From positions 1,105,882 through 1,169,881 of the forward strand of contig CM082591.2 of NCBI GenBank assembly GCA_040954595.2: a stretch of 64,000 bases of DNA, read 5' to 3'. Source of the stretch: Balanoglossus misakiensis (Eukaryota > Animalia > Hemichordata). A model generated the notes under the pieces. That model was not told the DNA's origin. It ran no database searches and saw only the letters and a program-made list of their open reading frames with translations. The position numbers and the translations under genes were made by a program. Positions 49,601 through 62,380 of this stretch are shown here, in pieces; within the stretch, counting starts at the first letter, position 1; every line of letters begins with the position of its first letter.

Positions 49601-52600
49601 AATACCGATCAAGATTTTATTTTCTCAATGAACTACCTGCGAGAAGAAGACCTGCCAAAATCACAGAAGTTGAACAACGACACCGAAGAAGGGAATATAA
49701 CTTCTCGTGTTGCTCCAGAGTATCACACGTTTAATATTTCTGGATCGGGCACCGCCATTAAGATCGTGCTAACACCGAACAACACCAATGCATCTTACAT
49801 CGTATACTTGAGGCGCGAAAAATTTCCACTGGACAACAAATATCACTTCAAGTACGTAATCCCACCTGACATTGGAATGTTCATGGGAAATATGTCCTAC
49901 AATTTGTTGTCAGAAGAGGAACTCAATGAATGCGATGAGTGTCCGAAAGTCTCATCAGAAGACACCTTAGATGTGGTGAATACAAGCATGTATGAAGTTT
50001 ACATTCCATCAACCCGTATTCGACACGCTGGCAAATATTACATAAAGATAAAAGAATTCGTGGAATGGAGTAAGTACATGCCTTTGCTGTTACTTTTATG
50101 ATCTGAAAGGCTAGGAATATCCCTGTTCAAACAATTGCTGCAAACCTTTATACCAGCAATTTCACAAACAAGATTGGCAGGTTTCCGACAAAATACAGTT
50201 TGCTGAACTCCAAAGATCCTTAATATTGTGTGGGCAGGACAAACAACACATGACCCATTGTGTTAAATAGCTCAGATGTTGCAATCTTTGTTAAACTCTG
50301 TGCTTATTCTAGTCTCATCCAAGCTAATCGATTTGTGTTACTTGGCTAGCAACCTTATGCATGGTAATTAACTAAGTCTCGCGAGATCTCACAATAAGTG
50401 GAAAATCAGTACAAGGAGGGCTTCTCAATTATGGTATATGCTGATCAATTGCAGATGACACAACTGGCATCCCACTTATAGATGAAGTAGTGACACCCTA
50501 TGACATTCGAATCCATGCAGCTACTTGCAGATACTGGAATACTGAACGTGAGATGTGGTTGACTGATGGGTGTAAGGTCAGCATTTTCACTTTACGATCT
50601 TCTTCTGACAGGCACTGATGACTGTTGAAATCCTTGAATCTATTTTCTGTTTGCGCGAGAGATGTATTAAAACCACCAATACACAATGCTGTCCACTACA
50701 GCATATTGTCACTACAGCATATTGTCCTCTTCAGTATACAAGTACTGTAAAACACTTTATTTTCGCGAGTCAAAATTTTTCGCCATATCGAGAGAAGCCA
50801 CTGTTTCGCGAGTGTAATTTTTCGCGTTCTCTTATTTCATTCACTGCATAGTTATCTTAAAAAAATTACGTGACTTTTTATTTTCACGCAATTTTGGCTC
50901 TTGCGTATTACGCGAAAATTTATTACTCGTGAAAGTAAAGTGTTTTACAGTATTACAGGTACACCTGGTATGTAGCTTTACAGACTTTACCAGGTGTTCC
51001 AACATTTACTCAGAGGTTACCCTGTTAAAGTCATTTTATAAATCGCACCCCTTCTTTGAAAGACTTGTGTGGGATGAGATTTTCAGAAAATGGATACAAC
51101 AGAACAAGTCGCACCTCCTCTTCAGCACACACTGTCACTCATAAAAGGCGTGTCTTATAAAATGACTTTAACAGTGCTCAATTATTACAAATTAAAACTG
51201 AATTGTCCTTTACCTTTGTACTTCCTTCCAGGTTTGCCCAAAGTCACTTCCAAACCAGACCATCTGCCAATGTAATCATCTAACAAACTTTGGAATCGAC
51301 TCATTCTACGTACCAGTTAACCCGATCGACTGGGCTGAGGTCGCACTGGGTTTCCAAAACTTCCTGGATAATAGTCTTGTGTTTGCAGTCATAGTCATTA
51401 TCCTCATCATCTACTTCATCCTCTTGTATTTCTTGAGGAAGAAAGACAAAGAAGACATTATTAGGGTATGTAATATCATAATTATCAATTTTGTCTGTAG
51501 GCCATAAGGAAACAATGTGTGATTTCCAAACACGTCATAGTAATACCATCTACATTGAATTTACAAACTTCACTTTGACTTCAGCCTACATTTCCAAGTT
51601 AGCATATGTTCATGTACTTCTACTACCTGTACAATGATGTTCTGTCTATTTTTTCTTCTGCAGTGGACTGCCACCGCGCTTCTGGACAATAGAGATGAAG
51701 ATACTTACATGTACCACTTGACTGTGTACACCGGTTTCCATACAGGTGCTGGCACAACATCGAACATCTATTTCAGACTCAGTGGAAATCTAGGCGAGAC
51801 TGGAAATCGAAGATTAAAGGATGAATATTTGAAAGTAGGTGACTTAATTTGCCATCCGTTTAATCAAAGCCAGTGGCAGAGATGAAGATTTAGGTGGAAC
51901 ACTGGGTTTTCTGTTTCCATGTTATGCTTTAATGAGCCATCCTACCCATAGTACTACTTTGTCATCACTTAATTACTAAATATTTCATTTTCTTTTCATT
52001 GACAGGTGTTCAGCAGTGGTAGTGCCAATCATTTCATTCTGACCGTACCTGAAAATCTTGGTGAGCTGGAACATTTGTATGTCTGGCATGACTCATCTGG
52101 ACTTGGTGACGATTCTTCTTGGTTCTTAGACCGTGTTGTCATCGGTAACATCCAAACTAATCGGTGGTAGGTATCTTCTGTCTTTCATTGTAATTTATCA
52201 TCTGTTTATTGTTGGTGAATTGTGAAATTAATCTTCACCTTGTTTTGGTCATTCTTTGCAGGCAGTGTTTCATGTGCAACCAGTGGCTAGCCGTTGACAA
52301 GGGTGACGGAAAAGTCGATCGTCTGCTAGATGTTGCAACCAAGGAATCTCTGACCAATTTCGCAAGTTTGTTTGGATGGAGGCGGCAACGAAGTCTAACA
52401 GACGACCATTTGTGGTTTTCTCTCTTCTTGAGACCCAATTGGAGTGAGTTTACCCGGGTGCAAAGACTATCATGCTGTCTTTCGCTGCTCTTTGCATACC
52501 TCATCGCAAACGCCATGTTCTACAAAACTGACACAGAGAAAGAGAAAGAAAGTTACACATGGATCATTTTCGGACCAATCAAATTCTCTCTGCAGCAGAT

Positions 52601-55600
52601 CTACATTGGAACATTCAACAGCCTAATTATTCTGCCGGTCAACATCATCATCGTGCAGATTTTTCGGAAATCAAGGAGAAGGAAGGGTGATATTGTTATC
52701 AAATATATCAAGTCTCTGACTGGACTTAAAAGTAAGAACCGATCTGCAAACAAAGAGGTAGAAATTGCTGTCCCTGTGAATGATATGAAGGATGAAGCGC
52801 CACTGAGGAATAAAAGTAAAGGATCCTGGATGCTGCCTTGGTGGTTTTTGTACATTGGTTGGTTTGGTGTGTTCATGACAACATCAGTGTCAGCTTCATT
52901 TGTTATCATCTACAGCATGATGTGGAAAGCTGAAAAGTCGGCTGATTGGCTTTTTTCCTGCATAACATCATTTGCTGAGTCGATCTTTCTGATGGAACCT
53001 TTCAAGGTAAGGGCTTCTTACTTTTACTGCCAAACTAGAAGTTTACAATTTGGATCTCTCAAATTTTTTGCAGAGTTAAAAAGATACTTTCAATATGCTT
53101 TTTGGTGAAGAAATACATCATGATATAGCTCATCACAACAGGCTTATTGAAATGATGGCAAACCAACAAAATATGTACTTTACATAGAATACTTCCTATG
53201 GTCACAAAATTACAACTGGCATTTTACACCATTCCCTGTAGTGTATGTCATATCATGAGCCACGTTGGAGAATAAAAAAGTCATATCTTACTGTTAATTG
53301 GCAAGTGTTTCCCAAAATGGCCAACAGTCGCATGTACCAGTATAAGAGATCCTGTCCAGATGCATGTTCCATTTAAAGATGTATTTTACCTTGCAGGCAG
53401 TGCTGATTGCAGCGTTAATATCTGTGATCATAAGACAACCAGATAAAGAGAGATATGAGTCAATGAAAGGTGATGATAATGATGATGAACAAGTCACTGG
53501 AGTTTCAGATATTATCCTCAAGGACAAGACCACGGACTCACTGTCAGGTAAACCCTGCTATAGAATGCTATAATGTTACCAGTAATTATTTTGTGGAAGA
53601 ACATTAGTAAGTGTACACACTGCATTAATTTATATTAATATCCTTCACCAGACTTTGAAGACAAAATGGAAAATAACCCGGCAAAAGGTCCACTCACTGC
53701 TGAAGAGCTGATTCCCATTCGGGAAAGAAGAACCAAGGAAAAGAAAATGGTGTCTGTCTTATATGGAATATTGGTATACACCATTTTCATTGCAATCACT
53801 GTCATGATCTCTACATCAGTGAGAGATTCATGCACATATAACTTCAATGAACATCTGAAGAATACATTTGTGAAGTCGACACCAAACTTTGAAGAGGTAA
53901 GAATATTTTCTTCATTTTTATGAGCAGCTGTGTGCTTTTGTCGATCACATTGCTGTATGCTCATCACTTAGATGTTATCAGACTAACTGTTCTACTTATA
54001 ACTGTTTCACTGCAGATCAGAAAACATGACCAGTTCTGGGATTGGATGGACAATGTTGTTGTACCAAATCTATATCCAGTGATCGGGGAAAATGGATCTG
54101 AGATAATAATGGCAGATAACATCACATATAGAGTAGGAACTCCTAGGCTACGCCAACAGAGAGTGACTCCTGGTAAGTGGAGAATATTATCTTGTTAAAA
54201 GGCAATGATGATATTTGACATATGATTATCTGTAAAATGACATTAGCAACCTATAAAGCTCCAATTGAATTAGACACAGTAGGAACTTTGCATATGTGAA
54301 AAGTACCAGAAAAATCAAAAGTAATTTATAAGGACTTTGCCACTTCGTTGTCTGGTTCTTTGGTGTAAAAGAAAAGATTAAAACAATAGAACTTGTCATT
54401 CCAAGTCAAATCATTGTGATTTTATACTCATCCTTATCGTGTTTCATTGTGGCTTCAAGGTGACTGCCTTTTGACACTTGGAAACGTTTCAAGGTGTGAG
54501 TATAGTGTCGAAGATAGCACCAACTATGATGTAGGATGGCAAACTCTTGATAACCAGTCGGATAACAGCAGTGTTTATGATTATAACTGGCGTTACCGGG
54601 ACTCAACTGAGATGGAAGGTGTCACATTCTTTGGGCGACATGGTTATTACGATACAGGTGGATATGTTGCAGTCTTGCAAGGAAATAGAAGTTCTGTCGT
54701 CGATCTTCTGGAGTCGCTGAAATTTGATTCCTGGTTTGATCTTCACACCAGAGTGATCCTGCTGGAATTTGACGTCTACAGTCCCCAGAGTAACATTTTC
54801 AGTTCTGCGACGTATGCTGTTGAGGTGATGTCTAATGGCTGCATGGAAGGCAAAGTTTTACACCACATATTTCATCTGCTGCACGGAGTCTTCGATAGCA
54901 GTTTCGTGTATGACAAACAAGCTGTGATTATCTTCGTCTGCTGGGTGTTCTTTGGCAGTTTTATGATGTACATGACATACTCACTCATAAAGAGATTGCG
55001 ATTACACCGTACCAACTTTCTGAAGTATCCTTGGAATTACTTTGACATGGCCCTGATATTTACCATGTTCCTAGCTGTTTGTATGGCAATTGTTGTTGAG
55101 GTAGTTTCTGCAGATATAATTGGTGACATCATGCACGGTAAGCATACATATTTCCATTATTTCTATGAAATGTATATTTAGATGTAGTTTTTAATGATAT
55201 TCCGTACATTTGGTTTGATATGACATTGGAAATTTTTTACCATTTTGGAATGTGTAACAAGGATATAGGAGTACCTCTTATTCCTTGCACAAGAACAAGA
55301 CAACTTTACACTATAATGGAACTTTATGCTATCTGCCTTTTGCTGCTATTAAGTACTTGCAAATTTTGCCTTCCTAAAATTCTAAGCCTTTTGTATTCTA
55401 TATTGGCGTTACAGGTGCAGATACCAACCTTCAGTATACGGCTATTTTGTATGACGTTTTCAGTCACACTTTAGCTGTGGTTGTTTTCTTGAGCATCATC
55501 CGCTACCTGAAGTTGCTGCGATTCAACAAACGCATGTATATGCTGTCCTTGACATTAAAGAATGCTGCCCCAGGGATGGTCAGCTTTCTGGTCTTGTTAG

Positions 55601-56256
55601 TGGTCACGTTCAGTATGTTTGCCCATGCTGGTCACCTGATGTTCTTCATGCAAGTGAGTGAGTTCAGGAACATCCCTTCGACTCTTGCCTATCAATTCAC
55701 AGTGATGCTTGGCAAGTTTCCAAAGCTAGCTGGATTCGACATGGATGATGACGTCTGGAAATGGTTCCTCTTCTTCTTCTGGCTCGTGGAGAATGTGTTG
55801 ACAATGAATGTTTTCATAGCTATCATCAACGATGCTTTCACAAGTGCAAGAATCGAAATCAGCCAACAGCAAAACTACTTCGAAATGATTCAATTCCTTG
55901 CTACGCGCATACAGGACAAAGCTGTAGCAGTTGGTCTCTTCAGAGGTAAGAATTTTGTTACTTTTAATGTTTTGACATCAATTAAAGGAAGAGTTATATC
56001 AATTCTTGACCAGACGAGTACTTCATTGTTTTCGATGTGAGCATCATGACCAGCAAATTATAATTATATGAAACCGGACTCTATTATTCTATGTCTTTTA
56101 GGAAGTACAGTGAAAGCCAAGGATGTTGACACCGCAGATCGCATTATGATAAAGTTTAAAGAAGCTCTACGCAAACTAGACAAAGTGGAAGGTGCCATTG
56201 ACAAGCTTGGATCACATGACGTGCAAAGGAGATACAAAAAATTGTTGAAAACTTGA
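27515..56256 (+). CDS. Giant polycystin-1/PKD1-like (REJ-family) protein: signal peptide, 10 HYR, 10 SRCR, LamG/pentraxin-like, F-type lectin-like, WSC, PKD, REJ, GAIN/GPS, TM1, PLAT, polycystin channel region
   Basis: About 56 exons and roughly 4,800 aa by hand count. Signal exon 27515-27617; ten phase-1 HYR exons 28072-33582; ten SRCR domains each split over two exons 33735-41803 (GRVE...WGTIC); LamG-like 42132-42749; FTP-like 42903-43486; WSC/PKD/REJ 43657-45958. GPS CRYWN...WLTDGC/...[10 protein letters not shown] at 50455-51300; [23 protein letters not shown]; [10 protein letters not shown]; [11 protein letters not shown]; [10 protein letters not shown]; [11 protein letters not shown]; stop at 56254-56256. 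Confidence 0.9.
28888..29027. repeat. (CATA)n microsatellite, about 35 units
   Basis: Perfect tetranucleotide run in the intron after HYR exon 2. Confidence 0.98.
29138..29740. mobile_element. Non-autonomous DNA transposon, Kolobok-like, ~600 bp
   Basis: 18-bp TIRs AGCCCCAGTATTTCTCGT / ACGAGAAATACTGTGGCT (one mismatch); TTAA at 29134-29137 and 29741-29744; no transposase motif seen. Confidence 0.85.
31230..31395. mobile_element. Tc1/mariner-pogo (Tigger-like) MITE
   Basis: Starts TACAGAGAAAACTG and ends GACAGGTTTACTGTA (TA-CAG...CTG-TA termini); internal GTCCTTAA repeats. Confidence 0.6.
40815..40961. mobile_element. Tc1/mariner-pogo (Tigger-like) MITE; related fragment at about 11412-11492
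   Basis: TACAGTCAAACCTGTC...GAGGTTGGACTGTA termini. The internal ACAGGTCAATTAATGTA matches the reverse complement of TACATTAATTGACCTGT at about 11476-11492. Confidence 0.65.
43513..43600. repeat. (TGA/GAT)n microsatellite, about 29 units, intronic
   Basis: Perfect trinucleotide run between the donor at about 43487 and the acceptor at 43656. Confidence 0.97.
47597..47688. mobile_element. ~90-bp piggyBac-like MITE
   Basis: TTAA-CCCTTTCACC...GGTGAAAGGG-TTA; near-identical to the copy at 61921-62014. Confidence 0.85.
49338..49429. mobile_element. ~90-bp piggyBac-like MITE (opposite orientation)
   Basis: TTAA-CCCTTTCACCACCATGGTTCAGTCCAAAC...GGGGTGAAAGGG-TTAA. Confidence 0.85.
50743..50952. mobile_element. 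MITE with 17-bp terminal inverted repeats
   Basis: TACTGTAAAACACTTTA at 50743 and TAAAGTGTTTTACAGTA ending at 50952; internal TTTTCGCG sub-repeats. Confidence 0.8.
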
Positions 56257-57235
56257 TAACCTAAATTACTGCACAGTGTATTACAATAGTAGACACTCAC
56301 ACTTTGCAGATTGTATAAAAGTAAAATATTTGTATTGTCCAGACGTCATTTGTTGGAAACACTGACACTTGCATTTGACAGTCATCCCTGATGATACTAC
56401 GAACACTTTCATTTCAAATATACAAATATTTTACTATGCTTATAAAAAAATTAAACTAGAAGTGAAGGTTGTACAATTGAAAATTATATATTTGATTTGT
56501 CCATATGTCATATTTTTTTAATCACTTTAATGGAATTTGACATCCATCACTGATGGCATTACAGAGACACATTTGTTTCAATTATGGATTGAACCATTTT
56601 ACTATGCATGATAAACATGTTGAATTATTTGTGGTACATTTATTTAATTTTTTTAATATCTGTACAAACAATACTTTGTATTTGATGAATGAAATGGATA
56701 TAATTCTCTTGCATCCTACAAAGATAACTTCATGAGCACGCAAAATCTTTAAAATCAAAACAACAACAAGAAATGTGTGTTTCAGAATTTATCACATGAT
56801 GTCTATGGGTTATTTCACTGGATAGCAGTTTATACTGTACGTTACTATTCTACGGTATTCACAACATCAAATGGAAATACATTGTATGCGATACCCAAGT
56901 AGAGTTATTTGTGACATTTACATTTTACTGACGTTAACTTTTGAATACTTGATATGTGTTTGTTTGATTATAGAGAAGATATGTATCATTGACTCAGATT
57001 TAATGCACATGTTTGCAGTGCTTGAGTGAAATAAATGCATCATACACAAGAGACTTTGACTAGAGAATTGGTTATTCGCATCCAGGAAGCACACAACTAT
57101 CTATATGTAGTACCCGGTACATGTATTTCAAATGTTACTGTCCATTTATCTGACCTGTCCATGAGTAAACTCATCAGGTCAGATTAAGAACATAGCCAGT
57201 ACCTATAACCAGTATCATGAAAATACACACAACCC

Positions 57236-57403
57236 TTGTCAGTTTCTTTGGCCGGGGGGGGGGGGGGGGCAGTGAATTCATGGAGGTAGGTCACCCTGTT
57301 TTGGAATATTGGGTGATGGGGAGGGGGTCATTCACTTTTTGATATCCACAAAACAGAATCCACCCCCATCCCACCCAAGCTGAAGAAACTGACCAGTCCG
57401 TAA
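57236..57403. mobile_element. Degenerate MITE-like element with a poly-G tract
   Basis: Inverted pair GTCAGTTTCTT (about 57238) and AAGAAACTGAC (about 57383); G-run on the left arm mirrored by C-rich sequence on the right arm. Confidence 0.5.
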
Positions 57404-57490
57404 ATCACGTCTTGTCTTATATTTCATTCCTACAATACAGCAGTTAGGTGGTACGTTGCTTATCTGTGACAACCACGTTCATATACGAAC

Positions 57491-57586
57491 CTTCGCTCCT
57501 TCCTTCAAGAACGCCTCCGCTAAACCCGCACCAACGCCACCCGCAGCACCCGTTACCATGGAAACGTTGTTCCGTATCTCCATCAT
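57491..57586 (-). pseudogene. Orphan first exon of a second HPGD-like SDR paralog
   Basis: Translates as MMEIRNNVSMVTGAAGGVGAGLAEAFLKEGAK followed by a GT donor at the same position as exon 1 of the neighbouring SDR. No downstream exons recognised. Confidence 0.65.
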
Positions 57587-58254
57587 AACTTCAATTGAAC
57601 TCGGTTACCACGTTGCAAGGAATGTTTGAAGGAGATGACAAGCTTCTTTCCTCAATTCAATTTCAAGATGGTGTCCTCAAAGTGACCTCAGCCAGGTCAC
57701 AGAAAACTCCCTAGCAAAGCAAACTGATGAGGACATTGCCTCGTTTTGAATTCAGGTCCTTTTAAGTGACCTTAAGTTAAGGTCACTTTTATTTGATCAG
57801 CAGAAACTCTTTAACAGGGCCGTGGCTGGGATAAATCGAGCATTAAAGTTTTTTTTCTTTAGCCTAGTTAGTTCGGATCAAACTTCACTGACGAAAAGTG
57901 TCCAATTTAGTAGCAAATAGAACTTGTGAAACGTTGTGCGTGCGTTCGATAAAAGGATATGCTTGGCACATATGTTAGTAGGTTGGGGATTGACGTGCAT
58001 TTAAAATACGGGGTCTGTACTCTGAATGAAAGAGACTCGTAACTCATAGAATGTACGTACCCTAGGTCGTGATTTATTTATATGTACTAATTCTAGTTGT
58101 ACACATTTTATCCGCACAAGAAAAAAAGTTAAATGGCGCATCAAATCTCAAAACAATCGGACAAGGCTACAGGCATGTCCTGAAATCTCCCGTTTCTCTA
58201 AAAATGATATCAGTGCGTTTATTTCTTTATGTGAACATGGTTCTCCTCCGCAGA

Positions 58255-60396
58255 CTAAATCCCACAATCAGGGAACTCCACTTTTTTCATCATAGGATAA
58301 GCAATGTTTATTAAAAACGCAGAACCATTCTGGTTGTCGCAATCTTTGACCAACTTGACGACAGCATCAGTGACAGACGATATTCTGTTGATAGAAAATA
58401 ACGATGCGCCAATTACTGGCTAGCTGAAATAATTAACCTTTGTAGATTGAAGTATTTGATCGATTAAAAATATGCAGGTAGTATTGGGTCTTTAATATTT
58501 GACTATAGGGATGAGGTTGGCTGAGTAGATGAAGATTATATACATACGGCAAAAAGTTGATTTGTTTCATGACAGCTCTTAGTTCTTGCTCATACGGATA
58601 CCCAAACTTCAAAGCATCATGTAATGGGGTATCCATTAGGCCAGGACAAATGACGATAACCCTCAGTTTATTCTCAAGAAATCTTGGCTCATTCTGTATA
58701 AAAGTGATAATACATGTAAGTGAAAAGTTTCAAAGCGCATATGTGAAAGTAATAAGTTCGGCTGCCTTGGATTATCATGATAACGGAAAATGACGTGGGT
58801 AAACGAGATGTAGCACAGTTTTTACCAGAACACAACAAAATAAGATGATTCGATTAAAAACAACATCTTACCGCTACAGTTCTTGAAAATTGTATGACGC
58901 CAGCTTTTGTAGAAGAGTAGACGGATAGCAGAGGCATTGAAGCGATACCTTTGGCGAAAACAGGAGTAATTCGAAACACAAAATGAGCGCCTGCATGAGT
59001 GGAGTGGTCTTATTCATTTTCTGCTCTACTATCTACGATGATTTTCCCGATATGTTAGTTATATTTCAAGTATATTCCAATTCAGTACATTAAATTCATT
59101 CGACATGTTTTTAAAGACAAGGGAAGTGCACATTTTGTGTATCAAATCGCTTCTTGTAGCACTCACGGGCATTGTAACTGTGGATTGTGGGCATACACAT
59201 TTTGCGGGCGTTTCTGGGACCGCTTATTTTCTGACCCTTTTTTCGATGTTTTTTTTCTCGATAAAAATTACCAAAAGCTATGTATGTTAACTCCAATATA
59301 TAAGGTGATAGGCAACTATATCCAAAATATGAACGTTCTATTATACTTGTGCAGAAATCGGTCACAACAATAGGGGCCCGAGTAGGGGCCCGAGAGTTTC
59401 CCGACCGTCTTTCTTGAGGGACTGTGTCTGCAGTTACCTAGTTCTGACGCCGTGTTGATAACCAATCCTCCATTTCCACCGTTCGCTGTTCCCATGTAAT
59501 CTAAAGCCAATTTGGTTCCCATTATGACGGCTTTCTGTAGATTTGGAAATGATGAGAACCAAAGTTTGAGGAAAAAAATCATTCCTGAAATAACAAATCA
59601 CTACAAATCAACTTCGGCCAAAACAGCTGCGTAAAATGTTATTCATTTACGTCATTAAAATTGCAGTCAATTATCATTATGAAAGTTTCCCTCCCTCCCT
59701 TACCAAATTGATATCTAAAATGCGCTCCCAGTTCACATCATGAAGGATTCCAGCATTGTTGCAGAGAATGTCGATCTGGCCAAATTTGAATTGGCTCTTT
59801 TCAAATGCATCTGCAAAAAGAAAATCTTACATTAAAAGTGGGGCGACAATTTGCTCTGAAAATGTTGTCAAATGTAGATATTTTGTATGTAAAGGTCATG
59901 AATTTTCACGGAATAAAAACATATCAGAAATTCGAAGTTTGACTTAATGATAAATGATTAACAGAAGAAGAATGGAACAAGAATGGAATTACATAACGTT
60001 AACTCTGTTAACCTACTTTTTATATCTGCTTCGGAGGTCACATCGCAGTGCACATACAGAACTTTATCTTCACCGTATCTAGCTTTTAAGGATTCACTGG
60101 CTTTTTGACCATTGTCGTCATTAATATCAAGCAAAGATACTCCCTGGAAATGATGAAGAGAACAAGCCTCATAGTCATATGAAAGTGTACTTTAATAGTG
60201 TACAAAATATTTTCTTTCCAGACAATCTCGCGATCTGCTCTACAGATAAACAAATACACACGTCTGAGAATGAGAGAATTGAGGTCACGTAATATTCACA
60301 AACCTTTGCCCCCTCCTTCAAAAAAGTCTGGACTAACGCTGCGCCAACTCCACTGGTAGCTCCTGTTACCATGACAACTTTGCCGTGGATGTCCAT
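58255..60396 (-). CDS. 15-hydroxyprostaglandin dehydrogenase-like short-chain dehydrogenase/reductase
   Basis: Seven exons, approx. 60396-60304, 60143-60017, 59810-59704, 59535-59439, 58948-58872, 58694-58549, 58384-58255. Motifs: TGATSGVG, LLDIN (acidic residue, NAD preference), ILCNNAGI, GGNGGLVINTAS, YSSTK, VICPG. Confidence 0.9.
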
Positions 60397-61920
60397 AATA
60401 ATGTGCGTCGGTTGAGGTGGGTCGTTCTGGAATATCTGGGGGACTGGGAAGCCGATTTGAAACCAGTTTGGTTGGGAAAAGAACAAATAAGTACAAGTAG
60501 ATTACAGAGACTTCGACAAACACATAGGGCAAGTACGAAAGGTTGAAGGTTAAAAGGTGCTGTCTGTACCAGTGACCCTGTGCGGCAGTTTCTGAAACAT
60601 TTCTACAAACCTTTTCTGCCATCCACCCTGTAATAACATCCACTCACAGAGGCCACTGCACGGGGAATGAATATTATACTAAAATTGTAGCTCGTAATGT
60701 CTTTAGAAGTTCTGAGAATAGTAGCGTAGAAAACATATGGTGGATTGGTGGTATATCACCAGTTACATATTCGGTGCTCATATCCAGCTCGTTAACTAAC
60801 ATCCTATTCTAGATTTTTAGGGATTGCAGCATATGTTTATTGTTGTGTTTTATACTAAAGCTGGACTTGCTTGCTCTGTGAGTTGGCACGACAGGTATGG
60901 GCTCGTATCCTATATAATGCAAGTCTTTTGCTTCATGCAAAAATAATCCAAAAAGTTGAATGATACCAGACACACAACATCGATATTCCAACAAAGCAAC
61001 TTTCGAAGCTTTACTTCTCTTTTTCAATTTCAAATACACGTAATATTCTCTTTACATCGCTAAAATATCACAACAGAATTTAAAAAGACAAAACAAAATA
61101 TTCAAAAGCCCTAAATAAAGTTATGGGCCTTCAGGTTGATTTCTTTTATGATTTAGGTGAATCCAGAAAATCAGCTCAACCTCACACACATGGTTTTCTT
61201 TCTTTCTGCATCAGTTTCCTCATTCTTGCAACAGTCTTGTCTCAAAAATACAAACTGACCCTGTATTAGAATATTACAACTCTTATCTGCACATACACTT
61301 ACATTTTCCACAGATTGATTTCCGTAACAGAATGACAAAAACTATTAGGTTATACACGTACAAGTGTCCTTTGACAGTTATGTCCAAGCCATTCAGAAAA
61401 CTCATTCCTCATGTGATAAACACCAGTCACAAAACAGTTTGTGAAAAATACATTTGGGCTTGCTACTAATGTACATTTCTTTGAGCACGATCAAAATTAA
61501 TCACAAAAATTACAAAGTCGCAAAGTAAAATACAATAAAATCATGTAATCTGGCTGCAGACGTAGACCATGTTCCCAATGCAACAAAGATAGTTAAATTC
61601 AAATTGAAAGTGTACATAGAGTTCCTTCTTGTGTGCAGTTTTCCAGAGGAGAATTCAGAAATTATTAGGTGGACCAGTTCCATACATAGTTGTCTGTTCT
61701 AGGCTGGTTGGTGAAAAAAATCTGAAAATAAGGTTTTCAGCTTGGTAAAAATGGAGTAATGTGACAGAGCACTGGCCAATGTTTCTAAAATGGCAACAGA
61801 GTAACTTTCTGTTTTCTTAATATTTTGTTCCTAATGAAAACATACATTACTATGACTTGTGTAACACACATGGTATGTGATTAGACCTTCCCAATGAGTA
61901 TGAATTGTTCACCAGTTGTT

Positions 61921-62014
61921 TTAACCCTTTCACCCCCCAGTTCCCTCTTCAGAGGTCCAACCTTACCATAGAAAACAATGGGTTTGGACTGAACCATGGT
62001 GGTGAAAGGGTTAA
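61921..62014. mobile_element. ~90-bp piggyBac-like MITE
   Basis: TTAA-CCCTTTCACC...GGTGAAAGGG-TTAA with intact TSD and 10-bp TIRs. Confidence 0.88.
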
Positions 62015-62380
62015 ATAAGACACAGAATGTGGCATTTCTGACTGCAAACTTAAGCGAAGACACTAGAAGCCATGATGTTAGGCATGCAGGCAAGCAGATA
62101 ATGCTTTCAATATATTTTACCATTGGTGAAAATGGGTGTATATTCTCTATGCACAGCTATGGGTTTACATGAAATACTACAGGCATTTCTATAAATGAAA
62201 AGAAATGGTACAATGAAAATAGCAAAGCTCAGAATATATAACCCTAAATACCCCTTGGTCACTTTGATGATGTACTTTTTTTTAATACACAACAAAATAA
62301 CAGATAACTTGCAATGCATGAGAAAATACACCCATATTCAACACTCTTATAGACCTGTATTTAATGAAGTGATGCGGTTA

